A stretch of 64,000 nucleotides of DNA, taken from positions 640,001-704,000 of the forward strand of contig CAWBKB010000005.1 in assembly GCA_963789265.1 (NCBI GenBank), read 5' to 3'. This DNA comes from an uncultured delta proteobacterium (lineage in GTDB: Bacteria; Desulfobacterota; Desulfomonilia; Desulfomonilales; Desulfomonilaceae). The notes beneath the pieces are model-generated. The model worked only from the letters and a program-made list of their open reading frames with translations, ran no database searches and had not been told where the DNA came from. Positions 42,720 to 51,727 of the stretch are shown piece by piece. Position numbers and translations under genes: made by a program. How positions within the stretch are numbered: the stretch's first letter is position 1; every line of letters starts with the position of its first letter.

Positions 42720-43733
42720 ATGTCGAACCATTTTACCGGACTCAGTCTCGGTCCACCTCTCGGGGACCAAAAACTCGACCTGTGCGACCTCTACGCGTTC
42801 CAGTCGCCCACTGACCCGTCGAGGACTGTGATCATCCTCAATGCAAATCCGAATGCCGACGCGCTCCATCCTGACGCCATCTATCGCCTCAACATTGACA
42901 ACGACGAAGACTGCCTGACGGACATCGCGATCAGTTACGTGTTCTCGCCACCGCAAAACGGTATCCAGACCGTGAACGTCTTCGTGGCAAAAGGCGCGGA
43001 ATCCCGCTCGGTCGAAGCTGTTGGGACTAAGATCATCGCCGATGCTGAGGTCTCCTTCGGCGCCAACCCCAACATTGTCAAGTCCGGCGCCTACACTTTC
43101 TTCGCCGGTACTCGCAGCGACGCTTTCTTTTTCGACTACGACGGAATCAAGAATCTGTTCGATACCTCGGGCGGCAGAAATTTCACCGCACCTCACCTGG
43201 GCGGCAAGTCTCCGTGGACCGGCGTGGATTCAAATATGGAAGGCAATGTGTTCTCGACAGTGATCGAGCTGCCGACAAGCGAGCTGGGTGCGAACCCGGA
43301 GATCCGGATCTGGGGGCGGTGCAGCGTGCGCAAGGACGGCAAGCTGATTCATGCCGATCGCGCTGGCCACCCGAGCGTCAGCAGCTTCTTCAATACCGAC
43401 GACACCAAATTGGAATACAACGCCAGCGAGCCGGTCAACGATCGCAAACGTTGGACGGATCAGTTTGTTCACTTGATGGGGCATACGGGCAATTACACCC
43501 GCGAAGAAGCAATCGCCGCGATCGATGCTGACCGCATTCTGCCCGACATGCTGTGCTTCGATCCTTCGAAGCCCGCGAAGTATCCAAACGGCCGCGATTT
43601 TACTGACGACGTCATCAATCATCGCCTCGCCTTCCTCTCCAAGGGCGATATTCCCCCCACCGGCCTCAAGCCGCACACCGACATTCTCAAGGAGTTCCCG
43701 TACATTGGCACGCCGCACCAGAAGAAGAGCTAA
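42720..43733 (+). CDS. DUF4331-like protein
   Basis: DLCDLYAF, FAGTRSDAFFFD, DRAGHP, YPNGR..DDV, FPY motifs. Confidence 0.8.
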   Translation: MSNHFTGLSLGPPLGDQKLDLCDLYAFQSPTDPSRTVIILNANPNADALHPDAIYRLNIDNDEDCLTDIAISYVFSPPQNGIQTVNVFVAKGAESRSVEAVGTKIIADAEVSFGANPNIVKSGAYTFFAGTRSDAFFFDYDGIKNLFDTSGGRNFTAPHLGGKSPWTGVDSNMEGNVFSTVIELPTSELGANPEIRIWGRCSVRKDGKLIHADRAGHPSVSSFFNTDDTKLEYNASEPVNDRKRWTDQFVHLMGHTGNYTREEAIAAIDADRILPDMLCFDPSKPAKYPNGRDFTDDVINHRLAFLSKGDIPPTGLKPHTDILKEFPYIGTPHQKKS

Positions 43734-43789
43734 CGGCGCGCGACGGATCCAGTGTTTTATGCCAAGGCGCATTCAAAGAAGTAAGATTA

Positions 43790-43953
43790 GGGGAAACTTC
43801 TTTGTAAAGAGTTTCCCCCCAAACCCCCTTCCAGAAACTTCTATTATTTGCCGGAACCCCCATTTCCTACAGGGAAATTCGGGATTCCGACGAGTGCTAA
43901 AAGTTCTTGAGGTGGGGTTCGGGGAGGAACTTCTTACAAGAAGTGTCTCCCCG
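43790..43953. repeat. Palindromic MITE/REP-like element
   Basis: Terminal hairpins GGGGAAACTT..AGTTTCCCC and GGGGAGGAACTTCTT..AAGAAGT..CTCCCC around a central palindrome. Confidence 0.7.
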
Positions 43954-44295
43954 ATTCTTCCTTGTTTGAATGCGAATCCTCGCCGACAGGAGTTGGCGTC
44001 GAGCTAGCCCCTGTTGACGAGGATGCGATCAGGAGTCGGCGGATGATGCTTGCTGACTTTGTCTTTGAGGCAATCCGTTCTTTCAACTATGCGGAATCGC
44101 TTTTTCAGTGGAGCTGATCATCAGGATGCTTCGGGATGCTGGGGTACATCTGTCTCAGGTCAGGAGTCTCAAGTTTTGCGTGTAGACGGATGGGCGGAAG
44201 GATGCGGTGTGGGAACGCGGTCGTCAAAAGGAAGGAATCTCCGCCCGCGCAGAATTTGCAGACACTTTTGGAGGGGTTTGTATCAGTAAGTTAAT

Positions 44296-44389
44296 TGGTG
44301 GAGGCGGCGGGAATCGAACCCGCGTCCGAGAATCTTCAGCACAAGATCTCTACATGCTTAGTCCGTGTTTTGTGTCTCGTCCGGAAAGA
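44296..44389 (-). repeat. 94-nt diverged tmRNA 3'-end copy
   Basis: Aligns to 45095-45188 with about 6 substitutions. Confidence 0.93.
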
Positions 44390-44413
44390 GCCCGCCGAAA
44401 TTCACTTCTGATC

Positions 44414-44640
44414 TCAGTCTCGGAGCAGGCGAAAGTATTCTTCTCTCGAAATCCCTAAGGTACCATAATGTTTTTTATTATTGAAACTGGTACTTCCGAT
44501 CTTTCCGGTATGACGACCGGTCACGCCAAACCCTGCCTTATGTAAGATCTATGGCTTCCCTTCTGTCTCGCAAATTTGAGTCCGCTACGAATTACGACCT
44601 TTTCAAGCTCTCGCCAATGTATAGGGACGAGACGGGGCAC
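44414..44640 (-). pseudogene. hicA: HicA toxin pseudogene
   Basis: MPRLVPIHWRELEK..RQKGSH..GLA*PVVIP..IIKNIM; TGA at 44521-44523; 1-nt shift before TLGISREEYFRLLRD. Confidence 0.85.
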
Positions 44641-44642
44641 GA

Positions 44643-44906
44643 TCAAATACTCAGGCTCATTTCGCGGCGTTCCGGTTTATTCACAACAACCCATCTTCCA
44701 CCAACGGGTGAATAACCAGTTTCCGCAAGAATGTCCTGAAGTGTCTCCATTTCTTGGGCGGTTTCCAGAAAAAGCTCTACGGCTTCCAGCAGAGATTCCT
44801 CGGCTTCCTTCCGAGTGTCACCGCAAGATAGAACGTTCAATGGATTAGCGCGGGCAACGAATTTGCCTCCTTCTTTCCAGACTTCGGCTTCAAACGTAAA
44901 TTCCAT
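44643..44906 (-). CDS. hicB: HicB-family antitoxin
   Basis: SCGDTRKEAEESLLEAVELFLE; directly upstream of hicA. Confidence 0.85.
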   Translation of the reverse strand: MEFTFEAEVWKEGGKFVARANPLNVLSCGDTRKEAEESLLEAVELFLETAQEMETLQDILAETGYSPVGGRWVVVNKPERREMSLSI

Positions 44907-45035
44907 CGAGGTCACCTTTCGATGCAATTCTAATCATGGATCTGGCCAAATGCAACCATGTTTTATGTAGAAATACACAGATGGGCAGTGAAATCAGGAG
45001 GGAGTTAAGCACTTGTCGGACAGTCTGATAGCTGT

Positions 45036-45062
45036 ATTACAGGGCTTCATTCGCCCTGTAAT
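45036..45062 (-). terminator. Hairpin downstream of ssrA
   Basis: 10-bp stem ATTACAGGGC/GCCCTGTAAT; no clear U tract. Confidence 0.4.
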
Positions 45063-45094
45063 GATAGAAGCAGCTAATATTGGCTATAAATATT

Positions 45095-45451
45095 TGGTGG
45101 AGGCGGCGGGAATCGAACCCGCGTCCGAGAACCTTCGGCACAAGATGTCTACATGCTTATTTCGAGTTTTGTGTCTCGTCCGGAAAGACCCCCTCGAAAA
45201 AGGTTCTCACCGAGACCAACCCGCTTGGTGTTTCGCCTTGCCTCCAACAGGTACGGAAGCTTGGCTATCCTGCTGACCTGCGCCCCTTCCGCCCCCGCAG
45301 GAGAAAGACGGAGAGACGCTAGCCTTACGCGGCTAGAGCGTACTCGTAGTTATTGGCGAGTATTTTTTGATACCGGCGGTTTAACGAGTCACCGGAGTGC
45401 TCGGCATGCAACCTTGACCTCAACTATCCCCGTCGAAACCAGGGCGCCCCC
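45095..45451 (-). ncRNA. ssrA: tmRNA; tag peptide ANNYEYALAA
   Basis: 5' GGGGGCG pairs with 3' CGCCTCC-ACCA including G3.U; T-arm GTTCGATTC; tag ORF; adjacent to smpB. Confidence 0.98.
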
Positions 45452-45540
45452 TTTCGAAAATCAGATGAGATCTCATAGGACATATTAGAAGACAACCATC
45501 ACCGCTTTTGGTTTCACTCTCGGTTGGAAAGACACGGCGT

Positions 45541-46014
45541 TCAGGACTGTCGTTGCCGGTACTTTACCAATCTCTCCATCTCGCGGCGCTGGTCCTTCTT
45601 CTTCATGGCTTCGCGCTTGTCATAGGTTTTCTTGCCCCGGGCAAGCGCCAACTCCACTTTGACCATACCATTCTTGAAGTAGAGTTTCAATGGGACTAGT
45701 GAAAAACCTCTCTCCGCGACTTTGCCCAGCAGCTTCTTGATTTCCCGTTTATGAAGAAGCAGCTTGCGGTCTCGGAGAGGTTCGTGATTTTCCCTGCTTG
45801 CCTGTTCGTAAGGAGAAATGTGAGCATCTACCAGGAATAATTCGCCGTTTCGGAATTTGCCGTACGAATCGGATAGATTAGCCTTGCCGTTCCTGAGAGA
45901 TTTGACTTCCGATCCCCAAAGGCTGATGCCCGCTTCAAAGGTGTCCTCGATCTCGAAATTGAAGCGAGCTTTTCTGTTCTTGCAGATTATCTTCACGTGG
46001 TTGTCTTGGGTCAT
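45541..46014 (-). CDS. smpB: SsrA-binding protein
   Basis: NRKARF, EAGISLWGSEVKSLR, RKLLLHK, GKKTYDKR. Confidence 0.98.
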   Translation of the reverse strand: MTQDNHVKIICKNRKARFNFEIEDTFEAGISLWGSEVKSLRNGKANLSDSYGKFRNGELFLVDAHISPYEQASRENHEPLRDRKLLLHKREIKKLLGKVAERGFSLVPLKLYFKNGMVKVELALARGKKTYDKREAMKKKDQRREMERLVKYRQRQS

Positions 46015-46238
46015 AGAAGGTAATTATTCACCGCGGAGGTCGCTGAGTTCGCAGAGGATTCTGTCCTTTTCTGACTGTCTTTCCAAATGAACTATGGCGC
46101 TTCAGATCTGCGACAGTAAGGCTATGCGGGCCAAACTTTATATCCCCGTGGCTTATATGGTGGCGTGTCAGCCATTTTTCGTCTCTGCATTCTCGACGCA
46201 TCCCGCGTCCCGCGGGGCGATGAATAGCGCCTGTCCTA

Positions 46239-48074
46239 CTAAGAGTGGTCAACGAAGTAATCTTTTGGAAAGCGTTGCTTGATCCAAGAATCTAGAAACC
46301 CGTGGATTTCATGAGCTTCTTGCATCTCAAATGCTTGCCAGGTCAAATCACGGCATTCCTCCATGCTTATGGAGCGAATCAACTTCTTTACCATGGGAAT
46401 GGCTAGAGCGTTCATAGAAAGCTCGTCGATTCCCAAGCCCAAAAGAATCGGAATATTTACCGGATCGCCGGCCATCTCGCCGCACATTGCAACCTGGATG
46501 CCCCTGGCCTGGCCGGCATTGATGATTTGACGTATCAGCCGGAGGACGGCAGGATGAAGCGTATCATACAAGTAATTGACGTGCTCGTTGACCCGGTCGA
46601 TAGCCAGTGCGTACTGGATCAAATCGTTGGTGCCGATGCTGAAAAAATCGACCTCTCTCGCCAGCATGTCCGCAATAGTTACCGCAGAAGGGACTTCCAC
46701 CAACACGCCGAGCTTGAGTTGATCGTCGTAAGGTTTGCCCTCCGCTATCAGCTCGTCCTTTGCCTCTTGGATCATTTCTCTGGTGGCGTGAATTTCGGAC
46801 AGGCACGAAATCATCGGGATCAGCAGATGGCACTTGCCGTGTACAGCCGCCCTGAGGATTGCCCGAAGCTGGGTCTTGAATAGGTCTTTTCTCGTGAGAC
46901 ACAGACGAATAGCCCGAAGGCCTAATGCCGGATTTGATTCCGGTGAAGTGTTGAGACTGGTGGCAATCTTGTCTCCACCCACATCCAAGGTGCGGATGGT
47001 TACCGGATTCGGAGCACTGTTCACCAGAACGTAACGGTAAGCCTCATACTGTTCTTCTTCGGAAGGTAGGTCATTCCTGCCCAAGAAGAGGTATTCGGTC
47101 CGGAATAGGCCGATGCCTTCAGCTCCATGCTCGATAGCGAGCGCGATTTCGTCCACGAGTTCCACATTGGCTGTTATTTTGACGGATCTGCTACCATCGC
47201 GAGTCACTGCCGGGAGACGCCCGAAAGGCAGAAGAGATTGATGGTACTTCCGGTAAACCTCGTGCCTTTGCCGGTACCGCAGGATCGTTTCCGGATCCGG
47301 GTTGAGGATCACAACGCCGGTGCTACCATCAATTACGATCGTATCCCCTGTCTGAATCTGGTGACTGACATTCTGCAAGCCGGTCACCGCGGGAATCTTC
47401 AGCGACCGAGCCATGATGGCAGTATGCGAAGTCCTACCGCCCATGTCCGTAGCAAAGCCGAAGACACACTCACGCTTAATCTGCGCAGTATCCGCGGGGG
47501 AGAGATCGTGAGCGATGATGATCGAATTCGGAGGGAGTTGGTGGATCTTGCTCTCTGAGGAGATACCCATAAGGATCCTGAGGACTCGTTCCCCGACGAA
47601 GTGGATGTCCCTCGCGTGTTCCTTTAGGTATTCATCGCCAATGGTGTCGAACGCGGAGGAGATCTTTAAGATGGTCTCCGAAAGGGCCCATTCGGCATTT
47701 TGCCTTTCCAAGGCTATAGCTGCCTTGGTCCCTTCGAAAAACATTCGGTCTTCCAATAGAAGAAGATGGGTGTCAAGCAGGTAGACGTGTTCTCCCAGTG
47801 GATGACTGGAGTCTATGTGGCTCTTGATCTGCTGAAGCCGCTCTTCCGCCTCTTTGACTGCGACTTCGAATCTTTGAATCTCGGCTGGAATTTCTTCGGG
47901 TTTGAGCACTCGCTTGGGGCAAATGTCAGTCGTCAGACGCTCGATAAGCACTACCTGCCCGATGCCCACCCCACCGGAAACGCCTATCCCCTTCATCATT
48001 CTGTTTATTCCGTTATTGTTGGGCTTGGGTTGGTCAGCCGCTTTCTTTTTATTAGCTTTCTTCGGGATCTTCAT
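46239..48074 (-). CDS. ptsI: PTS enzyme I
   Basis: GGRTSHTAI, GIGLFRTE, SIGTNDL, CGEMAG motifs. Confidence 0.96.
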   Translation of the reverse strand: MKIPKKANKKKAADQPKPNNNGINRMMKGIGVSGGVGIGQVVLIERLTTDICPKRVLKPEEIPAEIQRFEVAVKEAEERLQQIKSHIDSSHPLGEHVYLLDTHLLLLEDRMFFEGTKAAIALERQNAEWALSETILKISSAFDTIGDEYLKEHARDIHFVGERVLRILMGISSESKIHQLPPNSIIIAHDLSPADTAQIKRECVFGFATDMGGRTSHTAIMARSLKIPAVTGLQNVSHQIQTGDTIVIDGSTGVVILNPDPETILRYRQRHEVYRKYHQSLLPFGRLPAVTRDGSRSVKITANVELVDEIALAIEHGAEGIGLFRTEYLFLGRNDLPSEEEQYEAYRYVLVNSAPNPVTIRTLDVGGDKIATSLNTSPESNPALGLRAIRLCLTRKDLFKTQLRAILRAAVHGKCHLLIPMISCLSEIHATREMIQEAKDELIAEGKPYDDQLKLGVLVEVPSAVTIADMLAREVDFFSIGTNDLIQYALAIDRVNEHVNYLYDTLHPAVLRLIRQIINAGQARGIQVAMCGEMAGDPVNIPILLGLGIDELSMNALAIPMVKKLIRSISMEECRDLTWQAFEMQEAHEIHGFLDSWIKQRFPKDYFVDHS

Positions 48075-48339
48075 CTTGAATAATTCGACCTATCTCCTGA
48101 ATGGCTTCCATGCAATCGGGTCCCTGGGCACGGACAACGATTGCGCTCCCCGGAGAAGCTGCCAACAAGAGCAGACCCAGCACGCTCCGAGCATCGACTT
48201 CAACGCCATCCTTTGTGAGAGTAACCTGACAAGAGTAGTTTCGCATGGATTGAACCATCATGGTCGCTACCCGGGCATGCAGGCCCAATCGATTCCCCAC
48301 TGTCAGGGTTTTTTCAACGATTTCCTTTCCAACCGTCAT
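48052..48339 (-). CDS. ptsH: HPr phosphocarrier
   Basis: LGLHAR (His15) and DARSVLGLL (Ser46). Confidence 0.94.
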   Translation of the reverse strand: MTVGKEIVEKTLTVGNRLGLHARVATMMVQSMRNYSCQVTLTKDGVEVDARSVLGLLLLAASPGSAIVVRAQGPDCMEAIQEIGRIIQDEDPEES

Positions 48340-48453
48340 CGAGGCAAGATTCTCCGGTAATTTACCCATATCACCTTTACAGGTCCGACCCAGAGTTTTT
48401 GTATATAGTCAAAGTAAACTACCAACGTAGATGTGTCAACGTCAGGAGTTCAC

Positions 48454-50302
48454 CCATAATCCACCACCTCATTTGGCGGAGGATCTCTTGATGTCCCCTT
48501 GGACCGAAAATTTACCCTTGGTTATGTCCCCCGCCCATGCGAACCGGACCAGGTAGCACGTCGGACCGATTCGTATGCCGAATTCCCCCTGCTCGGGCGG
48601 ATTTCCGGCACACTAACCCCCCCCGGTCAGTCTATTTCCACCCGTCTGCGCCTCATTTCCCCCGTCGGCGGCGCTCTCTAGCCTGACTCGCAAAGGCTCA
48701 GAATTCTCCTCCTCATTTCAAATAGTGTCTCGTTCGACGCATGCCCCCCAACCAGTCGAACACGCAGCATCCGAGCACGCTTGAGCACGCGTCCCGGCAG
48801 CTTGATCAACCAGAACCTTATGGCCTTCATGCGCTTGCCCACCCATGTTTCTCCCAGAACCAGGCGCTTCATCGCCGAGTTCAGGTTCAAAGCCAAGATC
48901 ATGATGTGCCACCATGCTGCGTTTACCCCGAAATACCCTGAAGGAAGTCTGCCCCCTGCAAGATCTTCCTTCATAACCGAATGCGCCTCTTCAGATTTAC
49001 CGCAGCGCTCTCTGTACCACCAAATCAGCTCGTCCCCAGGAATGTCACGATTCGTGACAATCCCGAACACCTTGTACTTCATCGACCCAAAATGCATGGT
49101 AGGAAACGGCAATGAAACTTGCCCATCCATCTCCGGAAGTTCCGGCTGCTCCAAAACCTCGCGAATAGCCAGGTACCGGAAACATGGACCATCTTTCTTG
49201 CGTGCGAGCTCATCGGGAACGAAACAGACCTCCGCGTACTCTTGACCCCTTGTAACCAAGCCATTCTCAGTCTTGCGATACAAACTATGCCAATCCGACT
49301 CCTCAACCTCGCGAACAGCCTGCCTGAACGATTCGGTTACCTTGGCCCCTATGGCAAACTCGATGACACCGAAACGCAGCTTCTTCGGCTCCGCACAGAA
49401 CCTCATCAGCTCATGCTGATATCCTGCCGTATCCGACCGCAGATATACCTTCGACACCCCCGCAGGCAGGAACCCCAAGGCCTCTTCAAAGACGCGAAGA
49501 TTGTCCTTACCGGCCCAGACGTTGCCGTCTCGGAACTCCGAGTGCACAATGAGATCCTGTTCCGCCCAGTACACCTGCAAAGGCTGATACGCCTTGTGCC
49601 CCTTGTAGCAGTAGAGAGCCTCTCGCTTGTTCGTCTCCACCACCGTCGCATCGAGATCCAGAGTCGCTACCTCCTGAGGAGACCGCTTCTGCACCGAGCC
49701 CAGAAAATCCTCGTTCACCTGCATCATCGCTCGCAAACGGGGGGTCGGCATCGGTATGAAAGAAGTGCCCGCCTCCCTGAGCTTCTCCTGCTCGGGATCG
49801 TGAAACTGATACAGATACCGGCTGGCCGAAGAAGGAGACGGCACCGACCTCTTCTGCCCCTTGCGCAGCCTCTTGCTCAGGACTCGTCTCTCCTGTCGCG
49901 GTTTTCCAAACCCCATTGACTCCCGAAGTACCCGACAAAATCCCTCGTCTCCTTCCAGTATCTCCAGGTCGCTGATCCCTTGACCGTCCGCCAGATTCAG
50001 AAGTATCAGAGCCATTACTGTCTCGGAGTCAGACCACCCCTGGGCACCTGATCGCACCTTGAGCCGATTCTCTATGGCCCTGCTCAACCCCATCACATAC
50101 CCGAATTCCAGGTATGTCGGCAATCCGGCCAACGCCGTCATCCCCCCAGGCTTCTTCTCAACCTCATACTGGAAAGGGAAAATGCCTTGTGCCATAATCA
50201 CTTCACCTCGTTGGTGATAGATCCTTGTTGCAAACCGGATTCTATCCTCTTGATTCCTCAAGAACAACGAGGTTTTTCACTTTTTTTGATGCGCAATCAA
50301 GG
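48454..50302 (-). mobile_element. IS1380-family insertion sequence with 5-bp TSD TTCAC
   Basis: TTCAC at 48449-48453 and 50303-50307; imperfect IR CCTTGATTGCGCA / CCATAATCCACCA. Confidence 0.85.
48678..50195 (-). CDS. IS1380 DDE transposase
   Basis: TLDLDAT, FRDGN, LRSDTAG, YRERCGKSE, LPSGYFGVNAAW motifs. Confidence 0.92.
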   Translation of the reverse strand: MAQGIFPFQYEVEKKPGGMTALAGLPTYLEFGYVMGLSRAIENRLKVRSGAQGWSDSETVMALILLNLADGQGISDLEILEGDEGFCRVLRESMGFGKPRQERRVLSKRLRKGQKRSVPSPSSASRYLYQFHDPEQEKLREAGTSFIPMPTPRLRAMMQVNEDFLGSVQKRSPQEVATLDLDATVVETNKREALYCYKGHKAYQPLQVYWAEQDLIVHSEFRDGNVWAGKDNLRVFEEALGFLPAGVSKVYLRSDTAGYQHELMRFCAEPKKLRFGVIEFAIGAKVTESFRQAVREVEESDWHSLYRKTENGLVTRGQEYAEVCFVPDELARKKDGPCFRYLAIREVLEQPELPEMDGQVSLPFPTMHFGSMKYKVFGIVTNRDIPGDELIWWYRERCGKSEEAHSVMKEDLAGGRLPSGYFGVNAAWWHIMILALNLNSAMKRLVLGETWVGKRMKAIRFWLIKLPGRVLKRARMLRVRLVGGHASNETLFEMRRRILSLCESG

Positions 50303-50596
50303 TTCACCGCACAGAGTCTCCACTATGAGTCAAGAGAAGTCATTCCGGAAGCGCGCACAGGGACGGCACGGCAAAGTCGCCTTACCGATGGGTTTCAGAG
50401 GCAAAATGTTTCGGAATTATCCTCTTAACAAACCCATGCTGCCCGCGTAACGCCTTTCCTATAAAATACATGTCAGTCGCGAATCGTTTCTCCATTCTGT
50501 GCGTCTAAAGGCTAGGAAGCAAGAGCGAAGGAATAAGGACTGTTTTTTCAACGAGGTAATCCTTCCCTTGCTGACAATATAACGTGGAGAGCGGTC

Positions 50597-50866
50597 ATGA
50601 ACACAAAGCAAGTATTTATCGTTCTGGTCGCGACCTTGTTCCTTGCCGTTCCAATCATAGGGGCTCAGGCAGCGACTACTATTAGGTCCTCCAAGAGCAA
50701 TTCGAGCGATGTTTCCTCTTCGAGCACGAGCAGCGCTGGCAATACCTCTCCGAGCGACACTACCACTATCAATAACTCTAAGAGCAACAACTTTCGAGGG
50801 AAAGGGCAAGGGCAAGACCCCACAACAAACAATTCCATCCCTTTGAATTCCTCTAGGAGCAATTAG
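50597..50866 (+). CDS. Small secreted Ser/Asn-rich peptide with three [IL]xxS[KR]SN repeats
   Basis: RBS GGAG; signal peptide ending AQA; IRSSKSN, INNSKSN, LNSSRSN. Confidence 0.75.
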   Translation: MNTKQVFIVLVATLFLAVPIIGAQAATTIRSSKSNSSDVSSSSTSSAGNTSPSDTTTINNSKSNNFRGKGQGQDPTTNNSIPLNSSRSN

Positions 50867-51261
50867 GAGTAACGTCCGAGCGCAGGACCCCAAAACAAAG
50901 CGAACCCCAGGAACTTCTTCAGGAGCCCGCTGAAATTGGATCGTGGACGCGGGAAATCATCGCACCTGAGCCTTGTGGGGTAGGTGTCGGAGGATAGAAC
51001 CTTATATCACACTGAGTTTTCCTCAATACAAGTAAAAAGAATTAGATATTCTTGTGGGTGGAGCCGCACCCCACCGATGGGTTTGTTAAGAGAATAATTC
51101 CCAAATGTTTTGCCGCGGCAGTCGTATAGTCTAGAGTACATCTATTGGTTCCGAACGGCTTAATTGGACTGAGCCTTGCACATCCCCTCAAGAACAGCCG
51201 GTCCGGCCTGCGGCCGAATGACTCGTTTGGCTGAGCCCCGGTATCCAGCGCTTGATTCTAT

Positions 51262-51450
51262 TCAGCGCTCGACAGGCCCCGCGCCGAAGTCTTGAACGGT
51301 AGGCGGAAGAGGGACTCTTCTCTTCGCATAGGTTTCTTGAGGGCTTTCGGTATCAGAGAGCTGTGTGTCCAAGAACTGGCTCAAAGAAGAGCATGACACA
51401 GTCAAGAAGCCGAGGCAAAAAACAAGACCTATTGCCACTATAGTTCGCAT
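51262..51450 (-). CDS. Small putative lipoprotein
   Basis: Hydrophobic leader ending LTVS-C. Confidence 0.55.
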   Translation of the reverse strand: MRTIVAIGLVFCLGFLTVSCSSLSQFLDTQLSDTESPQETYAKRRVPLPPTVQDFGAGPVER

Positions 51451-51727
51451 CTTCGCTTTGACCCGTCCCGCTCCCGGTCGTTGTTTGTCCAGGGACCCTA
51501 GACCGACCGATGTAAATAGCTGAACGATTTACGGCTATAACTATAATACTCAATAATTTGCTTAATGTAAAGACTGCAATAATATCAATTAACGTTGAAA
51601 CATCATCACGGAACATCTTGGCCTCAGTGGCCGCCGGATCGTTTGCATGAAGGCTACCTGGTATGAGTAGCACTTATCAATAAAAAAAGCTTGAAGTGTG
51701 GCACGATGAACGATAACATAACATGAT

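Noticed and set aside
44521..44523. Selenocysteine or readthrough at the hicA TGA
   Set aside because: The position fits an Arg codon mutation, HicA has no catalytic Cys there, and a second lesion follows.
39615..45125. CRISPR array built from the 31-nt repeat
   Set aside because: Spacing is 0.8-2.6 kb, the repeat is the tmRNA 3' end, and there are no cas genes.
39615..45451. Permuted two-piece tmRNA, or tRNA genes
   Set aside because: A complete one-piece ssrA is present. The extra copies lack the 5' acceptor strand, no second 5' piece was found, and none has an anticodon arm.
39548..45488. Short ORFs containing LVEAAGIEPAS
   Set aside because: These are antisense translations of the tmRNA copies.
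49119..49919. 266-aa ORF antisense to the transposase, and similar shadow ORFs (560-1213, 25861-26457, 53413-54042)
   Set aside because: They overlap well-supported genes on the opposite strand and show no recognisable motifs.
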